Below, one piece after another: positions 50,401-64,000 of a stretch of DNA of 64,000 bases. The notes beneath the pieces were generated by a model that saw only the letters and a list, made by a program, of their open reading frames with translations, was not told the origin of the DNA and made no database searches. A program made the position numbers and the translations under genes. This stretch comes from Nemertoderma westbladi (Eukaryota; Animalia; Xenacoelomorpha). The DNA lies in NCBI GenBank assembly GCA_032718475.1, contig JAUCBJ010000044.1, positions 1 through 64,000 on the forward strand, read 5' to 3'. Position 1 is the first letter of the stretch. Each line of letters begins with the position of its first letter.

Positions 50401-52907
50401 TAACAAAACTCCATCTAAAATAAAAATAGTTTGTAGAGATAGATACCAAAACTCCATCTAAAATAAAAATAGTTTGTAGAGATAGATACCAAAACTCCAT
50501 CTAAAATAAAAATAGTTTGTAGAGATAGATACCAAAACTCCATCTAAAATAAAAATAGTTAGTAGAGATAGATACCAAAACTCCATCTAAAATAAAAATA
50601 GTTTATAGAGATAGATACCAAAACTCCATCTAAAATAAAAATAGTTTATAGAGATAGATACCAAAACTCAATCTAAAATAAAAATAGTTTGTAATGCCAT
50701 CTAAAATAAAAATAGTTTGTTGAGATAGATACCAAAACTCCATCTAAAATAAAAATAGTTAGTAGAGATAGATACCAAAACTCTATCTAAAATAAAAATA
50801 GTTAGTAGAGATAGATACCAAAACTCCATCTAAAATAAACATAGTTTATAGAGATAGATACCAAAACTCCATCTAAAATAAAAATAGTTTATAGAGATAG
50901 ATACCAAAACTCCATCTAAAATAAAAATAGTTTGTAGAGATAGATACCAAAACTCCATCTAAAATAAAAATAGTTTATAGAGATAGATACCAAAACTCAA
51001 TCTAAAATAAAAATAGTTTGCAATGCTAGATACCAAAACTCCATCTAAAATAAAAATAGTTAGTAGAGATAGATACCAAAACTCCATCTAAAATAAAAAT
51101 AGTTTGTAGAGATAGATACCAAAACTCCATCTAAAATAAAAATAGTTTATAGAGATAGATACCAAAACTCAATCTAAAATAAAAATAGTTTGCAATGCTA
51201 GATACCAAAACTCCATCTAAAATAAAAATAGTTAGTAGAGATAGATACCAAAACTCCATCTAAAATAAAAATAGTTTGTAGAGATAGATACCAAAACTCC
51301 ATCTAAAATAAAAATAGTTTGTAGAGATAGATACCAAAACTCCATCAAAATAAAAATAGTTAGTAGAGATAGATACCAAAACTCCATCTAAAATAAAAAT
51401 AGTTAGTAGAGATAGATACCAAAACTCCATCTAAAATAAAAATAGTTTATAGAGATAGATACCAAAACTCCATCTAAAATAAAAATAGTTTATAGAGATA
51501 GATACTAAAACTCAATCTAAAATAAAAATAGTTTGCAATGCCATCTAAAATAAAAACAGTTTGTTGAGATAGATACCAAAACTCCATCTAAAATAAAAAT
51601 AGTTAGTAGAGATAGATACCAAAACTCCATCTAAAATAAAAATAGTTAGTAGAGATAGATACCAAAACTCCATCTAAAATAAAAATAGTTTGTAGAGATA
51701 GATACCAAAACTCCATCTAAAATAAAAATAGTTTGTAGAGATAGATACCAAAACTACATCTAAAATAAAAATAGTTTGTAGAGATAGATACCAAAACTCC
51801 ATCTAAAATAAAAATAGTTTGTAGAGATAGATACCAAAACTCCATCTAAAATAAAAATAGTTAGTAGAGATAGATAACAAAACTCCATCTAAAATAAAAA
51901 TAGTTTGTAGAGATAGATACCAAAACTCCATCTAAAATAAAAATAGTTTGTAGAGATAGATACCAAAACTCCATCTAAAATAAAAATAGTTTGTAGAGAT
52001 AGATACCAAAACTCCATCTAAAATAAAAATAGTTTGTAGAGATAGATAACAAAACTCCATCTAAAATAAAAATAGTTTGTAGAGATAGATACCAAAACTC
52101 CATCTAAAATAAAAATAGTTTGTAGAGATAGATACCAAAACTCCATCTAAAATAAAAATAGTTTGTAGAGATAGATACCAAAACTCCATCTAAAATAAAA
52201 ATAGTTTATAGTGATAGATACCAAAACTCCATCTAAAATAAAAATAGTTTATAGAGATAGATACCAAAACTTAATCTAAAATAAAAATAGTTTGCAATGC
52301 TAGATACCAAAACTCCATCTAAAATAAAAATAGTTTGTAGAGATAGATACCAAAACTCCATCTAAAATAAAAATAGTTTGTAGAGATAGATACCAAAACT
52401 CCATCTAAAATATAAATAGTTTGTAGAGATAGATACCAAAACTCCATCTAAAATAAAAATAGTTTATAGAGATAGATACCAAAACTCAATCTAAAATAAA
52501 AATAGTTTGTAATACTAGATACCAAAACTCCATCTAAAATAAAAAGAGTTTGTAGAGATAGATACCAAAACTCCATCTAAAATAAAAATAGTTTGTAGAG
52601 ATAGATACCAAAACTACATCTAAAACAAAAATAGTTTGTAGAGATAGATACCAAAACTCCATCTAAAATAAAAATAGTTTGTAGAGATAGATACCAAAAC
52701 TCCATCTAAAATAAAAATAGTTTATAGAGATAGATACCAAAACTCCATCTAAAATAAAAATAGTTTATAGAGATAGATACCAAAACTCAATCTAAAATAA
52801 AAATAGTTTGCAATGCTAGATACCAAAACTCCATCTAAAATAAAAATAGTTTGTAGAGATAGATACCAAAACTCCATCTAAAATAAAAATAGTTTGTAGA
52901 GATAGAT

Positions 52908-53259
52908 AAACGATGTTGTTACCAATTGAGGGAAAGGAGCAGGTTACAGACGCGGGCTTTTCTAACCAAAACAATAAACGATATTGTTACCAATTGAGGG
53001 AAAGGTACAGGTTACATGGACGCTCTTTCTAACCAAAACAATAAACGATGTTGTTACCAATTGAGTGAAAGGAGCAGGTTACAGAAGCGGGCTTTTCTAA
53101 CCAAAACAATAAACGATGTTTTTACCAATTGAGGGAAAGGAGCAGGTTACAGAGGCGGGCTTTTGTAAACGAAACAATAAACGATGTTGTTGCCTACCAA
53201 TCTAGGGAAAGGAGTAGGTTACAGAGGCGGGCTTTTCTAACCAAAACAATAAACGATGA
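52908..53259. repeat. ~68-bp tandem repeat, 5 copies
   Basis: aaacgatgttgttaccaattgagggaaaggagcaggttacagaNgcgggcttttctaaccaaaacaat; reverse complement matches 18698-18765 inside the MITE. Confidence 0.92.
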
Positions 53260-53565
53260 TAATTTCATAAAAAAAATATTTTGAGATAATCGACCTTTCA
53301 TTATACATAGTAATAGTAATTTCAATAGGATTCCCTAAATGGAAATTGTTATAACTTGAAAACTAAAAAAGCTATTAAATAGCGGCTTTCAGATTTGGAA
53401 ACACCATTCAATGATGCATTATAATAAAAATAAAAAATTCTACATATTTTTGACCAAAATGGTGTACCCCCCCCCCCCCCCCCCCCCCCCTTAACCCTTT
53501 AGGTACTGAATATTCCCAAATAACATATAGTAATGCGCTGAAAATTTTTACAAATTAGAGCTGCC

Positions 53566-54472
53566 TTTGTCTGTTTGTCAGTTTGTCTGTTAAAAACTAA
53601 GTAAGCGTATCGTCATCCTGACATTTTCGCTTTGGGGGTTCTAAAGATCGGTGATTCCATTTCTGATGTCAGTTTTTCCGTTTATCGAAATATACACTGT
53701 CTGTTTGTCTGTTTGTCCGTCTTTCTGTCAGTTTGTCTGTCAAAAATTAAGAAAGCATACGATCAACCGGAAATTTTGGCTATGAGGGTTATCTTGGACG
53801 GTGGTTTCATTTCTGATGTCAGTTTGTACGTTTAACGAAATATACACTGTCTGTTTGTCCGTCTTTCTGTCAGTTTGTCTGTCAAAAATTAAGAAAGCAT
53901 ACGATCAACCGGAAATTTTGGCTATGGGGGTTTTCTTGGATGGTGGTTTCATTTCTTATGTCAGTTTGTATGTTTAACGAAATCTACACTGTCTGTTTGT
54001 CTGTTTGTCCGTCTTTCTGTCAGTTTGTCTGTCAAAAATTAAGAAAGCATACGATCAACCGGAAATTTTGGCTATGAGGGTTATCTTGGACGGTGGTTTC
54101 ATTTCTGATGTCAGTTTGTACGTTTAACGAAATATACACTGTCTGTTTGTCCGTCTTTCTCTCAGTTTGTCTGTCAAAAATTAAGAAAGCATACGATCAA
54201 CCGGAAATTTTGGCTATGGGGGTTTTCTTGGATGGTGGTTTCATTTCTTATGTCAGTTTGTATGTTTAACGAAATCTACACTGTCTGTTTGTCTGTTTGT
54301 CCGTCTTTCTGTCAGTTTGTCTGTCAAAAATTAAGAAAGCATACGATCAACCGAAAATTTTGGCTATGGGGTTTTCATGGACGGTGATTTCATTTCTGAT
54401 GTCAATTTTTACGTTTAACGAAATCTACACTGTCTCTTTGTCCGTCTGTCTGTCAGTTTGTCTGTCAAAAAC
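53566..54472. repeat. Tandem repeat with alternating 142/150-bp units (~6 copies) containing GTCT/GTTT microsatellite
   Basis: CAAAAATTAAGAAAGCATAC recurs at 53741, 53883, 54033, 54175 and 54325. Confidence 0.92.
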
Positions 54473-54809
54473 AGTAAAGTGAAATTATAGGCCTAGCCTA
54501 ATTACTGGTAACTGACCTTGGCCTATGGCAATAAATGTCCAAAATCCCGCTAAATTTAATAAATTATATTTGAGAATGTACTGTATATGATTGAGGCATC
54601 AGCAACTAACCGTAACCAGATCCCATTTTGAAAAAAAAAATGAAATTTTTGTCAATAATCAAAACACTAAACCAATACATAGGCCTACAATATTCCTAAA
54701 CTGACCACCGCTACCGGTACCAGATGAAAGACTGGCAGGTGTAGAATGTTGGGGCTGAAACAGGATAGAGCCCTATAAATTTCCAAAGTTCCAAAAACTA
54801 TACCTTTAT

Positions 54810-54862
54810 ACTGTTACTGTTACTGTACTGTTACTGTTACTGTTACTATACCGTTACTGTAC
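54810..54862. repeat. (CTGTTA)n microsatellite
   Basis: Imperfect run of actgtt units. Confidence 0.85.
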
Positions 54863-57800
54863 CTACCGTACCGGTATGGTAAGAGTCACATATCTGCTAG
54901 TCAGGTGCAGTAAACTGGTACCGGTATCTAAAAAGATGTCCCTTGATGCACTAATAATATAGCAGAGTGCTTAGAAATGCACTAAAGCTGAATAGAATAG
55001 CATAGGGTAACATTTAAAAGCATGGATCACCTGTATGATACATAGCGCTCTAGCAGACCATTGCTTATGTATCACATGGGTGATCCATAGTACCTAAAGG
55101 GTTAATTTGATCATTTTTGGATGAGACTTTGCATTTTTCATTTTAAAAAAGTTATTTGATTCATCAGATATAAAAAAAAAATTATTTAATGTTGCACTCC
55201 TGCTAAAATCTAAAAAACGTGGTTTCAACATTAATGAACGTCCAGCTGTGTAGTGGCCTACAACACTATACAGCTTATGTCTGGTATAAGGCTACATGAT
55301 TGTGTACTTTTCCAGTTTTACAACTTTTTCGTCGCCGTTTTACATTCACTATTGCAGCACGAGTTGAACAACTAACACCTTCCCGCGATCTTCCTCCAGC
55401 CAGACCAAGTTTCCCTATTATCAGTTGGTCTGATAAACAGCCCCATTGATGATTATGCCGCGAGTACTCGCGGCATAGCGTATGTAAACCAACACACTTA
55501 CTCTTTGGGCAAAGCGAACACAATCGTGAATGCAATGACTCGTTTCTGTTCGAAACCCCTGCGCTTCCTCTTGCTTACTTTAGGCATATTGTTGTTGTAG
55601 CATGTAGGCCTACAAAATACCTAACTACTATACCAGTATGTTATGTTAGGGCACTAACTCGTTTTAAATTTCCCTCCAAAATAGTAGTAATAATAAACTG
55701 CCTAGCCCCTCCCAATACCGGAAAAATTAATCGTAAAATAATATTTTTGGAATAATTTGTAAATAAATTTCAATAAAGTCTATATTTTGCAAAATTTTTA
55801 ATGGAAATGGCAATGGTCCAACCCATATATAATGTATGAAACCTATTTTGGCATATTTTTGGCGTTCCAAGCATTTGTAGCCCCCTTACAGAACTTTGTT
55901 TTATAGAAATTGATAACTTTTTTACTCATAAAGATACAATCAAACGGATTTGATATTCGAAATCGCCTTAAAAAAATGGTGTAAATTGAGTAGTATACAC
56001 TGATCTTTTCTATCTTTTCTGATCGGTTCTACTTTCACTTTGGTTTTTCCTTAGTTTAGCCATACAGTTTAATTATCTGCAGTTGAGTGTGACCCTCCAG
56101 TTCAGATTATACTTTACTGGTATGTCGTGACTGCCGGATTATATCACCACACATTCATTATCAGTCATAAATAGAATAATAAAATAGTTATGCGATTCTC
56201 CCCCCTTAAAATGATTTTAACATCCATAGATTGTATAAATTATTAAGGGGGGGGGGGGGGGGGGTAGCACCCTCCTATTTTGCAAATTGACAATTGACAA
56301 ATCTAAAATAGCGGGAAGGTTTGAATTGTTCCTTAAACTTTAAACACCCATATCTCAGAATGACGTTTTTTCTTGAGAAAGGCTATTTCTCCGCCAGTTT
56401 TAAATGAAATGAGTTGAAATTTGGTACACTTGTTAAGATTACCCTTCTCCATACTTCTGAATAAATTTGGTTGGAAATGCCATGGAGCCTTTTTATATCA
56501 AAAAGGCCCAAAAAAAGCCGTTTTCTGGGGCCTTTTTCTTCTAAAAAGGCTCCAGAGCATTTGTGGCAAAACTTGTTAAGAAGAATTGGATGCAGGGTTC
56601 TTCTGAACCTATATTCCAAATTTCGACTAAATTCAAGAAATATTGGTGGAGAAATAGCCCTTGGCGCAAAAAGGCACTTTTGGCCATTACGGAGCCATTT
56701 TGGGGCCACTTTTAAAAATATTTGGTTTGGTTATTCTCAAACAGTCCAGACGATGTTTAGTAGCTCAAAAAATAATTTTCACCCAATTTTATGGTCCAGA
56801 GACACAACAATGTGAGGTTCAATTTTGGGGTGCTTCACCACTTCAACCGCGCAGGCTCCTGCATCATTTCGATTTTTCCGTTCCATTTGCTATAGAGTTG
56901 GATCATCCAAAGTCCTTATACTTTTTTCTTTTTACTTTTATATTCTGTTTTGTAAGAAATACAGGAGTTCTGTACAGTAATGCACAGGATCTATTCCTCG
57001 ATCATTCTCAAGTGCCATCGTTTATTGTAGCCAAGGTAACACTTAGTCTACATGGTAGCAGAGCTAAATAATCAATGGCTTGAATGGCCCTCTCCAATGC
57101 AACAGGCCAGTATGTAATAAATGTATAAATAGTCTAAGATAGAGAGTCCAATAGCAAAAAAAAACAGGCCTAAAATATAAGGGGAGGTAAGCATGGTCAC
57201 CTAAACATTAACCATGAATCATTGTTGGCAATGGTTCTTATTCTAATTGTAATATTACATTTCAATATGTTGTACATCCATGCCACAGTTGACAACACCA
57301 CTACGCCTGTCATATCACTTACGGGATCTAGATTAATTAATTATTTAAATATGTATCCTCATTAATAATCAATAATTATTGTACTTTGTGAGAGTTTCAC
57401 CATCACTGTCCATGTGGATAATATACGCCTCACATTCAATATTACATTTCAAGTGAAAGAAATTATTTAAATTTCTAATATTATTTATTTATGATTTTTT
57501 TGACAAATTTAGATTCACAATAAAAATTATCTCCACTAACTATTGTCTGGCCGCCCCCAACAATAAGTATAGTTCAATTATATTGCATTTCTATAGTAAT
57601 AAAAGAAAATTGTTGGCAATGCGACATAGTGCATATCATTCATTCATCATTCATTCCGTAAATACACAGACAGCTGTCTTATCATTAAACTTGGCAAATA
57701 GAATAGAATAGTTCTACCATTTTCTCTTATACTTACTACCCACAAAGAAATAAGCTAAGCTAATAATTCTTATCAATACTCAAATATCTACCATCTCCCC

Positions 57801-59589
57801 TCGCCCTCCATCCCTCTATTTCCTTATCGAAATTGCTTTACGTCCCATGGCATAATTAAGGAGGTGCATCTACAGTTGTTATTCCTATAGCTCTGCTGTT
57901 ATCTAATCTCATCCGTTATTTACGAGATCAATGAGGCAGGATCTAAGTTCATCTTAGATCATGTATACTTATCTGACACCAAATTTCTCACTCCGTGAAC
58001 AAAACACATTTACCATAAGACCATTGTTAAAATCAGCGCATGAAAATGCACATACCTCAAATCTAGATTTAGGACAACTATAATTTATTTTATTTCAAAT
58101 TTCAAGAAATAATAGAAAAATTTTGCCACTTAGGTTTCAAAATGTTTGTAATCTAACATTTTGCCATTTCAACAATAGTTTTCACTAATGAAGGAAGAAC
58201 TACCTGAATATATTTCAGAGAGAGGTTATAGAATGTTGATTTTCAAATCTGTTTTGTCAGAGATCGTTAAATCCAAGGATCAGTCATATTCATATTGACA
58301 CACCTAGACCCACGGAATAATATTACAACAATAAATCTCATTTACAAAGATTATATGAAAAGCTATTGTTTTGAATAAAAACAAACGGAAATCGAATAAT
58401 ATCCCCTATCTACTAATCCTATTAAAATTGATTTGAAAAGAATGCCCTCCCCCCAGAAGGGTTTATTGACTGTATTTTAATGATGGTCTATATAGTTTAT
58501 TATTTAGAGATAACCACCCTCCTTGTTAAAATGCATTATATCAATGTGTTTCTTATAATTTATTCATAACCCTTCAGGTACATTTTAAAATTACAGACTG
58601 CAAATCAAAACCTAATGTACCTACAGTCTGTACTTAAATCAAAAACAACTTTGAAGCCTTTAAAATTATCAATGTCACTGTGTCTGTGTACTATCTGTGT
58701 GACGGTATATAGAAGTATTAAAATTATAAGTGAGATTTTGAAACGGGATTACACTTGAATAAATAATACTTTATCTAATTATCAACTAAGATTTGGGTAC
58801 ATACATTTTCACGCCCATCTATAATGACTCTGTACTCGCTCGAGTACTGTGATATTGTAAAACAAGTAAAGTTTTTAGTTATTACATGAAATATAACTTT
58901 GTATAGTGAAGTTAACTTCGTACTATATAACACGGTGTTTTTATTATTTAATCATTATATGCACGGACCGAATTTAACAAACATAATTCCGTATTAAATT
59001 CTTCTTGCATTCGTAATTGCCTTTTCCCGTAGCCATAGAGTGAGTGTCCTTACATGTCGATGTATCCAATCGACATTATTATTTATTACGTATATATATA
59101 TTATATATATTGATAATGTTGCCTTCCCTGATGTTTGGTAATTGTTTCTTACTAAGTCCAAGGTTACAAACATGAACTGTTTTTCTTACTTGTGCATACT
59201 AAACATGCACGTGGGGACTTCGCGCACACGCCAGTCCAGTAGTGGACCAAGTCGTAGTCATTCGCTCACAAATGGTCGACAGATCAACTATAGAAATCCG
59301 TCTGTGTATAGAATTTCTAAATTTTGTATAATATAATGTTGATCACAAAAATCACTCCTGTTTATTAAAATGCAACTTTATCTCAACATACCAAAAATAC
59401 TCGTTTTTGTGCAGAAACTAAAACTGGTAGGACCAATATGGTCTATCTGGGACTTACAACCACCCACATGTTTCTAGTCTGCTTCTTAAACTATGTACCA
59501 GCTGAAAACAAGCCATTTGCAGAGGTGAATTCCTGAAGATAGAATAAATTCGGTTAACACTACCGCTATAGACCCAGGGCGATGTAGGC

Positions 59590-60050
59590 AAGTGATGCAG
59601 ACTTGCATTAAATGCTTGCTCCTAGGAATGTTAAGAATGCATGCTGATCACAATTTCCACCTCCTCTACAGGGGCAACACTAGTTGTAGAGTAGCACACA
59701 ATCAGAACCACCTTAGGAAACTTCTTAGCCAGTCTTCCAGAACATGAGAAGTGGCAACGGATGATGCGGTTAGAGATTTGGGTCTATTTTGTCCAATGCT
59801 GCATGTGCAGTTGGATTCATCAATAGACCAATTCCTACATTTCCACTGTCATCTGCTGAGGCGAGGGCGAGTCGCCAACCGCCCCCCATGTCCTTAATCA
59901 GAGCCACACCAGTCTGTCCAGTCTGCATTCGGTGCTCTTGAACACCCACTGCACTAAGAGAAAGCTTATCTACCAAGGCAGTCAGCTCACCTTGTCGCAT
60001 TGGGGACCTGAGTGTTAGGGTATAAACAGAAGCTAGTCTAGTAACTTACC
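59590..60050 (-). pseudogene. Decayed APE endonuclease of an RTE-like non-LTR retrotransposon
   Basis: TLRSPMRQGEL...VGVQEHR...GNVGIGLLM, then after a frameshift SNRII...VLIVCYSTT...FNA, following the N-x-R-T-L / QE / GVG / YAPT / GDFNA order of RTE-type EEP domains. Confidence 0.75.
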
Positions 60051-63000
60051 TCAGGTTCACCAAAGGCTTGGTTGGTCGGGGTACAACATGAAAGTAGCCT
60101 CCAACTCCAGCATCCCTCTCCACCTCGCAATCTGGCCTCCCTGGTGACCCAGAGTTTGGACTACAAAAGTCACCAGGAAAGGGTCTCACAGGAACTCTGA
60201 CTCAAGTTTGCGGTATAAGTTTGCGGTAAGTTTGTTGTGTAATTTGAAACAATGATTAATTCGAATTTTTCTGGTATGGCAGAAGCAGTATCCTCTTGGG
60301 GTCTTCATCTTACCCACCACCCCCTCACCATTTTCCCAATCTAATCCCTACACCAGGGTGGCTCTAGCTCAGCTACTAGTCCTGGTATCGTGGATCTATA
60401 CTAATTACATTAATATATTGTAGTATCTATACATTTCAATTTAATAATTATAGATAGACCTACACAGAAAAACCCATTTTTACTCATGAACAAACTGTTG
60501 AAATATATTGTACTCCTCAACTAGTAGTTTTCCAAAATTCCAAGCCAAATTATACCACTCAAATATCTACCATCTCCTTATCCAGGTAGCAATTGGTTTT
60601 TTGTTGACTGTCAATAATTGACAGTTTAACCTTTTTTGACTTGTTTTTATGGTGGCCAACAACTCTGCCACCAATTATTTATCCTCCTCTTCTATATAAA
60701 CAATCATCCTCCCTACTAACTCCTGTCATCTTCTATGGTTGCTATTTACTGACGAAAATACCTCCAGGGTAAATTATATTTAACTTAATCGTGATCAATT
60801 ATTATCAACTGTCTCACGTAAGGAAATGATGTAGGTTATTGAAGGGAATTTTTAATTGGTAACAGAAGTGGAAGTGCAAAAAACACTCAGCAACTTAAAG
60901 GAACACACACATCAAACGAATTCTGGTCCATAACAAATTCCCCTACTCTACCCGATATAAAACTAACTGATTCTAGCAGGCTTACCATAGACTTTCCAGA
61001 GAAACACCCGAGCAGCACTATTATTATTATTATTAATACTAGAAACGGTAAGGAGCCCTTTTCACTGAGTTATGAAGACCCTGAAATTTGTACGGATTTT
61101 TGTATATGTTCGGTTTTTTATAGCGTCGATTGGATCAACAGTTCGGAGACCTGGAGTATAATTATAACCGGACATATTGTCCGGTTCCCCCACCTATTTA
61201 TTAGTATGTTTGTGTGTGGTTATGTCTGTGGTTCAACTATAGCACTCTAGCCTTCTCGTGTGTTGAGTTTTACGCTTTTTGGCATGTGGGCACTCATTAG
61301 AAAGTTATCAACTCGTGCAAAACTCAACCACTGCGAAATAGTAATAGTCGAATATGACATTGAAAAAAGCAATGTTTTCCGAATAGTTATTGTTATCGAA
61401 TAATATCAATATATACCCTACATTGGTCGTTAAATCGAATGTAACGTGGAAGCTGGCAAAGAAAGATGGCCGATCACATTGATGGGACCTCGGTAAAAGT
61501 TATTTAATTTATTTAATTAATCATCAATTTAATATTCAATTATTATTCAACAGTCGTTCAATCTTTAAATTAAATTGAATTTGACTTTTCATTGTCCGCC
61601 TCCTCTATTTATCAAAAACAATTTCTGTAATTTTTGCCTTTTTGAAGGGACGCGTTTCGTCACTACCACTTTCATTATCCAAAATTTGAGACTGATGAAC
61701 TTCAGTCCGCAAAAGCACTGATCTATTTTGTTTATAAATTATTGTAAAACCAAGGAATGTAAGAAATTCCGACTACGGTATCTTTATTGCGGGAAATTTT
61801 AAATTTGTATAGAATACTATTAGGGCACTCTTACGCGTTCTTTGGTTAACCGCGTCTCATGCTGTGCGAAAGTCCCATTTATACATATGTTATAGAAAAG
61901 AAATGTTTGATCTGAACTCCAATCACAATATAACTCTGTAACTCATGTATTGCTTTAACTGTGAACTAAACCATGGTTAGTCAGCATGTAGTAATTATTA
62001 GAAGACTGTTAGGACTTCATACTGTAAAAGTTTAATTTAATTTAATTTAATATCGCACACGAGCATAAACTCGGTACAGCGTATGTAAATATATAGAGTA
62101 ACATAACATAATATAAAATATGTATAAAGAAAAAAATATGTGTGTCAAAATAAGTATTCTCTATCTATATTTATTTTTATGTATATTTTTTTAAATGTAT
62201 ATCAGATGAACTCCTCCGAAGCAATAGCTCGTCTGGTAATAAAAGTTGTATCAATCGACGCAGCTCAACCTCAAGACGTGGAAATAAGTGTCTTTTTTTA
62301 TTTCGAAAAAATAGCCCCATAACACGAAAATTGCCATAGACTCAATGATGATGATAGAACACCAGCTGGTGCATTGTGAGGGCCTAGTTATGAAATGCCA
62401 TTGAAAGGATAGGCCCAAACTGCTGAGAAGTACATTACTTGCTAAGTTTAGTAAGGTTGTGTTTACTCACTCACTCTATCATAGGCAGTAAGCAAACATC
62501 AACTGTTAGTTTGAAAATGTATTCTCCCGTCAGCTGAATAGCTCTTCCAAGTAAATCCTATATAGGAATATCTATAAGGTTACTCACAGCTATGTTAGGT
62601 GGTACGCCAGCTGAGTAATTTACAAGCACAGGGCCGTCGTCTAATGGGTCAGGCCCGACCAATAATGCTCCTAAAGCCAAGTCTCTTAGCATTCTTTTGC
62701 CACAGCTGTCAATCAATGTCTATATACATTTAATTTCGCGACAAAATAATGTCAAAAACCGAAATATATCGAATACCACACATAGAATTGATCTGTATTT
62801 TTGTGACGCGATTATGAACCACCAAAGCAATGTACTTGCAAAATTTAATGGAAAAAAAAGCTAGGGGGGAAGTGTACGAAACTGCAATTCCGGTATAAGG
62901 ATAGATAGAGATAGCGATATACATATATATATCCCTCATCGACAATTTTTTCTGACAGTAACTATCCCTGCTCTTTGAGCGGGCTCCTAATAGAAGGACG

Positions 63001-63054
63001 GTGTTAATAAGAAATGGTGAAGGATAAGGTGAAGGAATAGAAGGATGGTGTTAA

Positions 63055-64000
63055 CCCTATTACCACTGGGGGGGGGGGGGGGGGGGGGCAATCGGCCCAT
63101 TCCTAGTTTTCAGTTGCTGTAACTATGCAACCACATTACGTACCGGCCCAATTTTTATTGAGAATTAGCCAAATTTAATGCCGCATCTTTTGCAAAAAAT
63201 AACGTTGCAATTGGATTTCTACTTTTCGATGTGGGTGCCACCTCAAAATTTGGTCTCCAGCACCAAATTTTTTTAAATTTTCGAATTTTACAAAGTCATT
63301 CGTGATTTAGTAATTATTTATGTTTGGGCTATTTTTATTTATTTTTATAGGTTTGGATCACTCTAATGCTCTATACAAGTATGTAAGTGTAGTGGTACGT
63401 CATTTTTGGAGCACCAAAATTAGGGCGTGGCACTTTAAAATTTCAAAATTACTTTATTCGGAAAATTTACTAAAGTTTTGATTTCGAAGCATTTTTATTG
63501 GTTTTCTGGAGCGCTGAATCGATTGAAAGTAATATAGAAGCCTGAAGAGTTAGTGGTTCGCCATTTTTGGTGCACCAAAATTAGGGCGTGGCACTTCAAA
63601 TTTTGAAAAATACGAGATTTGGAAAATACACTAAAGTTTCGATTTGCAAAACATTTTTATAGGTTTTCTGGAGCGCTGAATCGATTGAAAGTAATATAGA
63701 AGCCTGAAGACTTAGTGGTTCGCCATTTTTGGTGCACCAAAATTAGGGCGTGGCACTTCAAATTTTGAAAAATACGAGTTTCGGAAAATACACTAAAGTT
63801 TCGATTTCAAGGCATTTTTATAGGTTTTCTGGAGCGCTGAATCGATTGAAAGTAATATAGAAGCCTCAAATCCTTGGTGTACGTAATTTTCGACAGTTCA
63901 AATTTTCAAAATTACTTTATTCGAAAAAAACACTAAAGTTTTGATTTCAAAAAATGGCTAACCTCTAAGTCTTCAGGCTTCTATATTACTTTCAATCGAT
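63055..64000. mobile_element. Left part of a piggyBac-like/fold-back non-autonomous element with ~161-bp internal tandem repeats
   Basis: Starts TTAA|CCCT at 63051; CACCAAAATTAGGGCGTGGCAC recurs at about 63412, 63573 and 63735; 63960-64000 is an inverted copy of the repeat. Right end lies outside the window. Confidence 0.65.

Larger units (their letters stand above)
28027..52908. repeat. Satellite 2: 43-bp unit AGAGATAGATACCAAAACTCCATCTAAAATAAAAATAGTTTGT, ~25 kb including three insertions
   Basis: Roughly 420-430 head-to-tail units with recurrent variants (ttatag, ttagtag, ttgcaatgctag, shortened ttgcaatgccatct); interrupted at 29560-30674, 35169-38029 and 38550-41405. Confidence 0.98.
53495..55101. 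mobile_element. Non-autonomous piggyBac-like transposon (1.6 kb)
   Basis: TTAA|CCCTTTAGGTACT at 53491-53507 and AGTACCTAAAGGG|TTAA at 55089-55105: 13-bp perfect TIR with TTAA TSD and CCC/GGG ends. Confidence 0.88.

Noticed and set aside
55275-57071. ORFs 55275..55535, 56383..56709, 56471..56815 and 56661..57071
   Set aside because: Non-ATG starts, overlapping frames, no recognisable domain; they lie in probable non-autonomous transposon sequence.

Overview
AT-rich, repeat-dominated eukaryotic window, probably from an invertebrate animal judging by the retroelement families; no intact host gene is evident. Left to right: (1) a scrambled BEL/Pao LTR-retrotransposon cluster with inversions and templated micro-duplications (~630-4600); (2) an orphan ~640-aa ORF on the minus strand (4530-6530) preceded by a ~5-kb non-coding leader that carries two diverged copies of a ~600-nt structured RNA with compensatory base changes and a candidate pseudoknot, two near-identical 118-nt modules that share its core motifs, and a palindrome-bearing tandem repeat; this is the best candidate for an undescribed system; (3) a Ty3/Gypsy (Mag-like) element with an uninterrupted ORF and 290-bp LTRs but no target-site duplication (11507-16651); (4) a fold-back MITE; (5) a 6.8-kb 47-bp satellite; (6) a 25-kb 43-bp satellite carrying a CRE-like RLE retrotransposon and a duplicated CR1/L2-type LINE; (7) piggyBac-like non-autonomous elements with internal tandem repeats and a decayed RTE-like fragment. 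All alignments, counts and base-pairings were done by eye and need computational confirmation.
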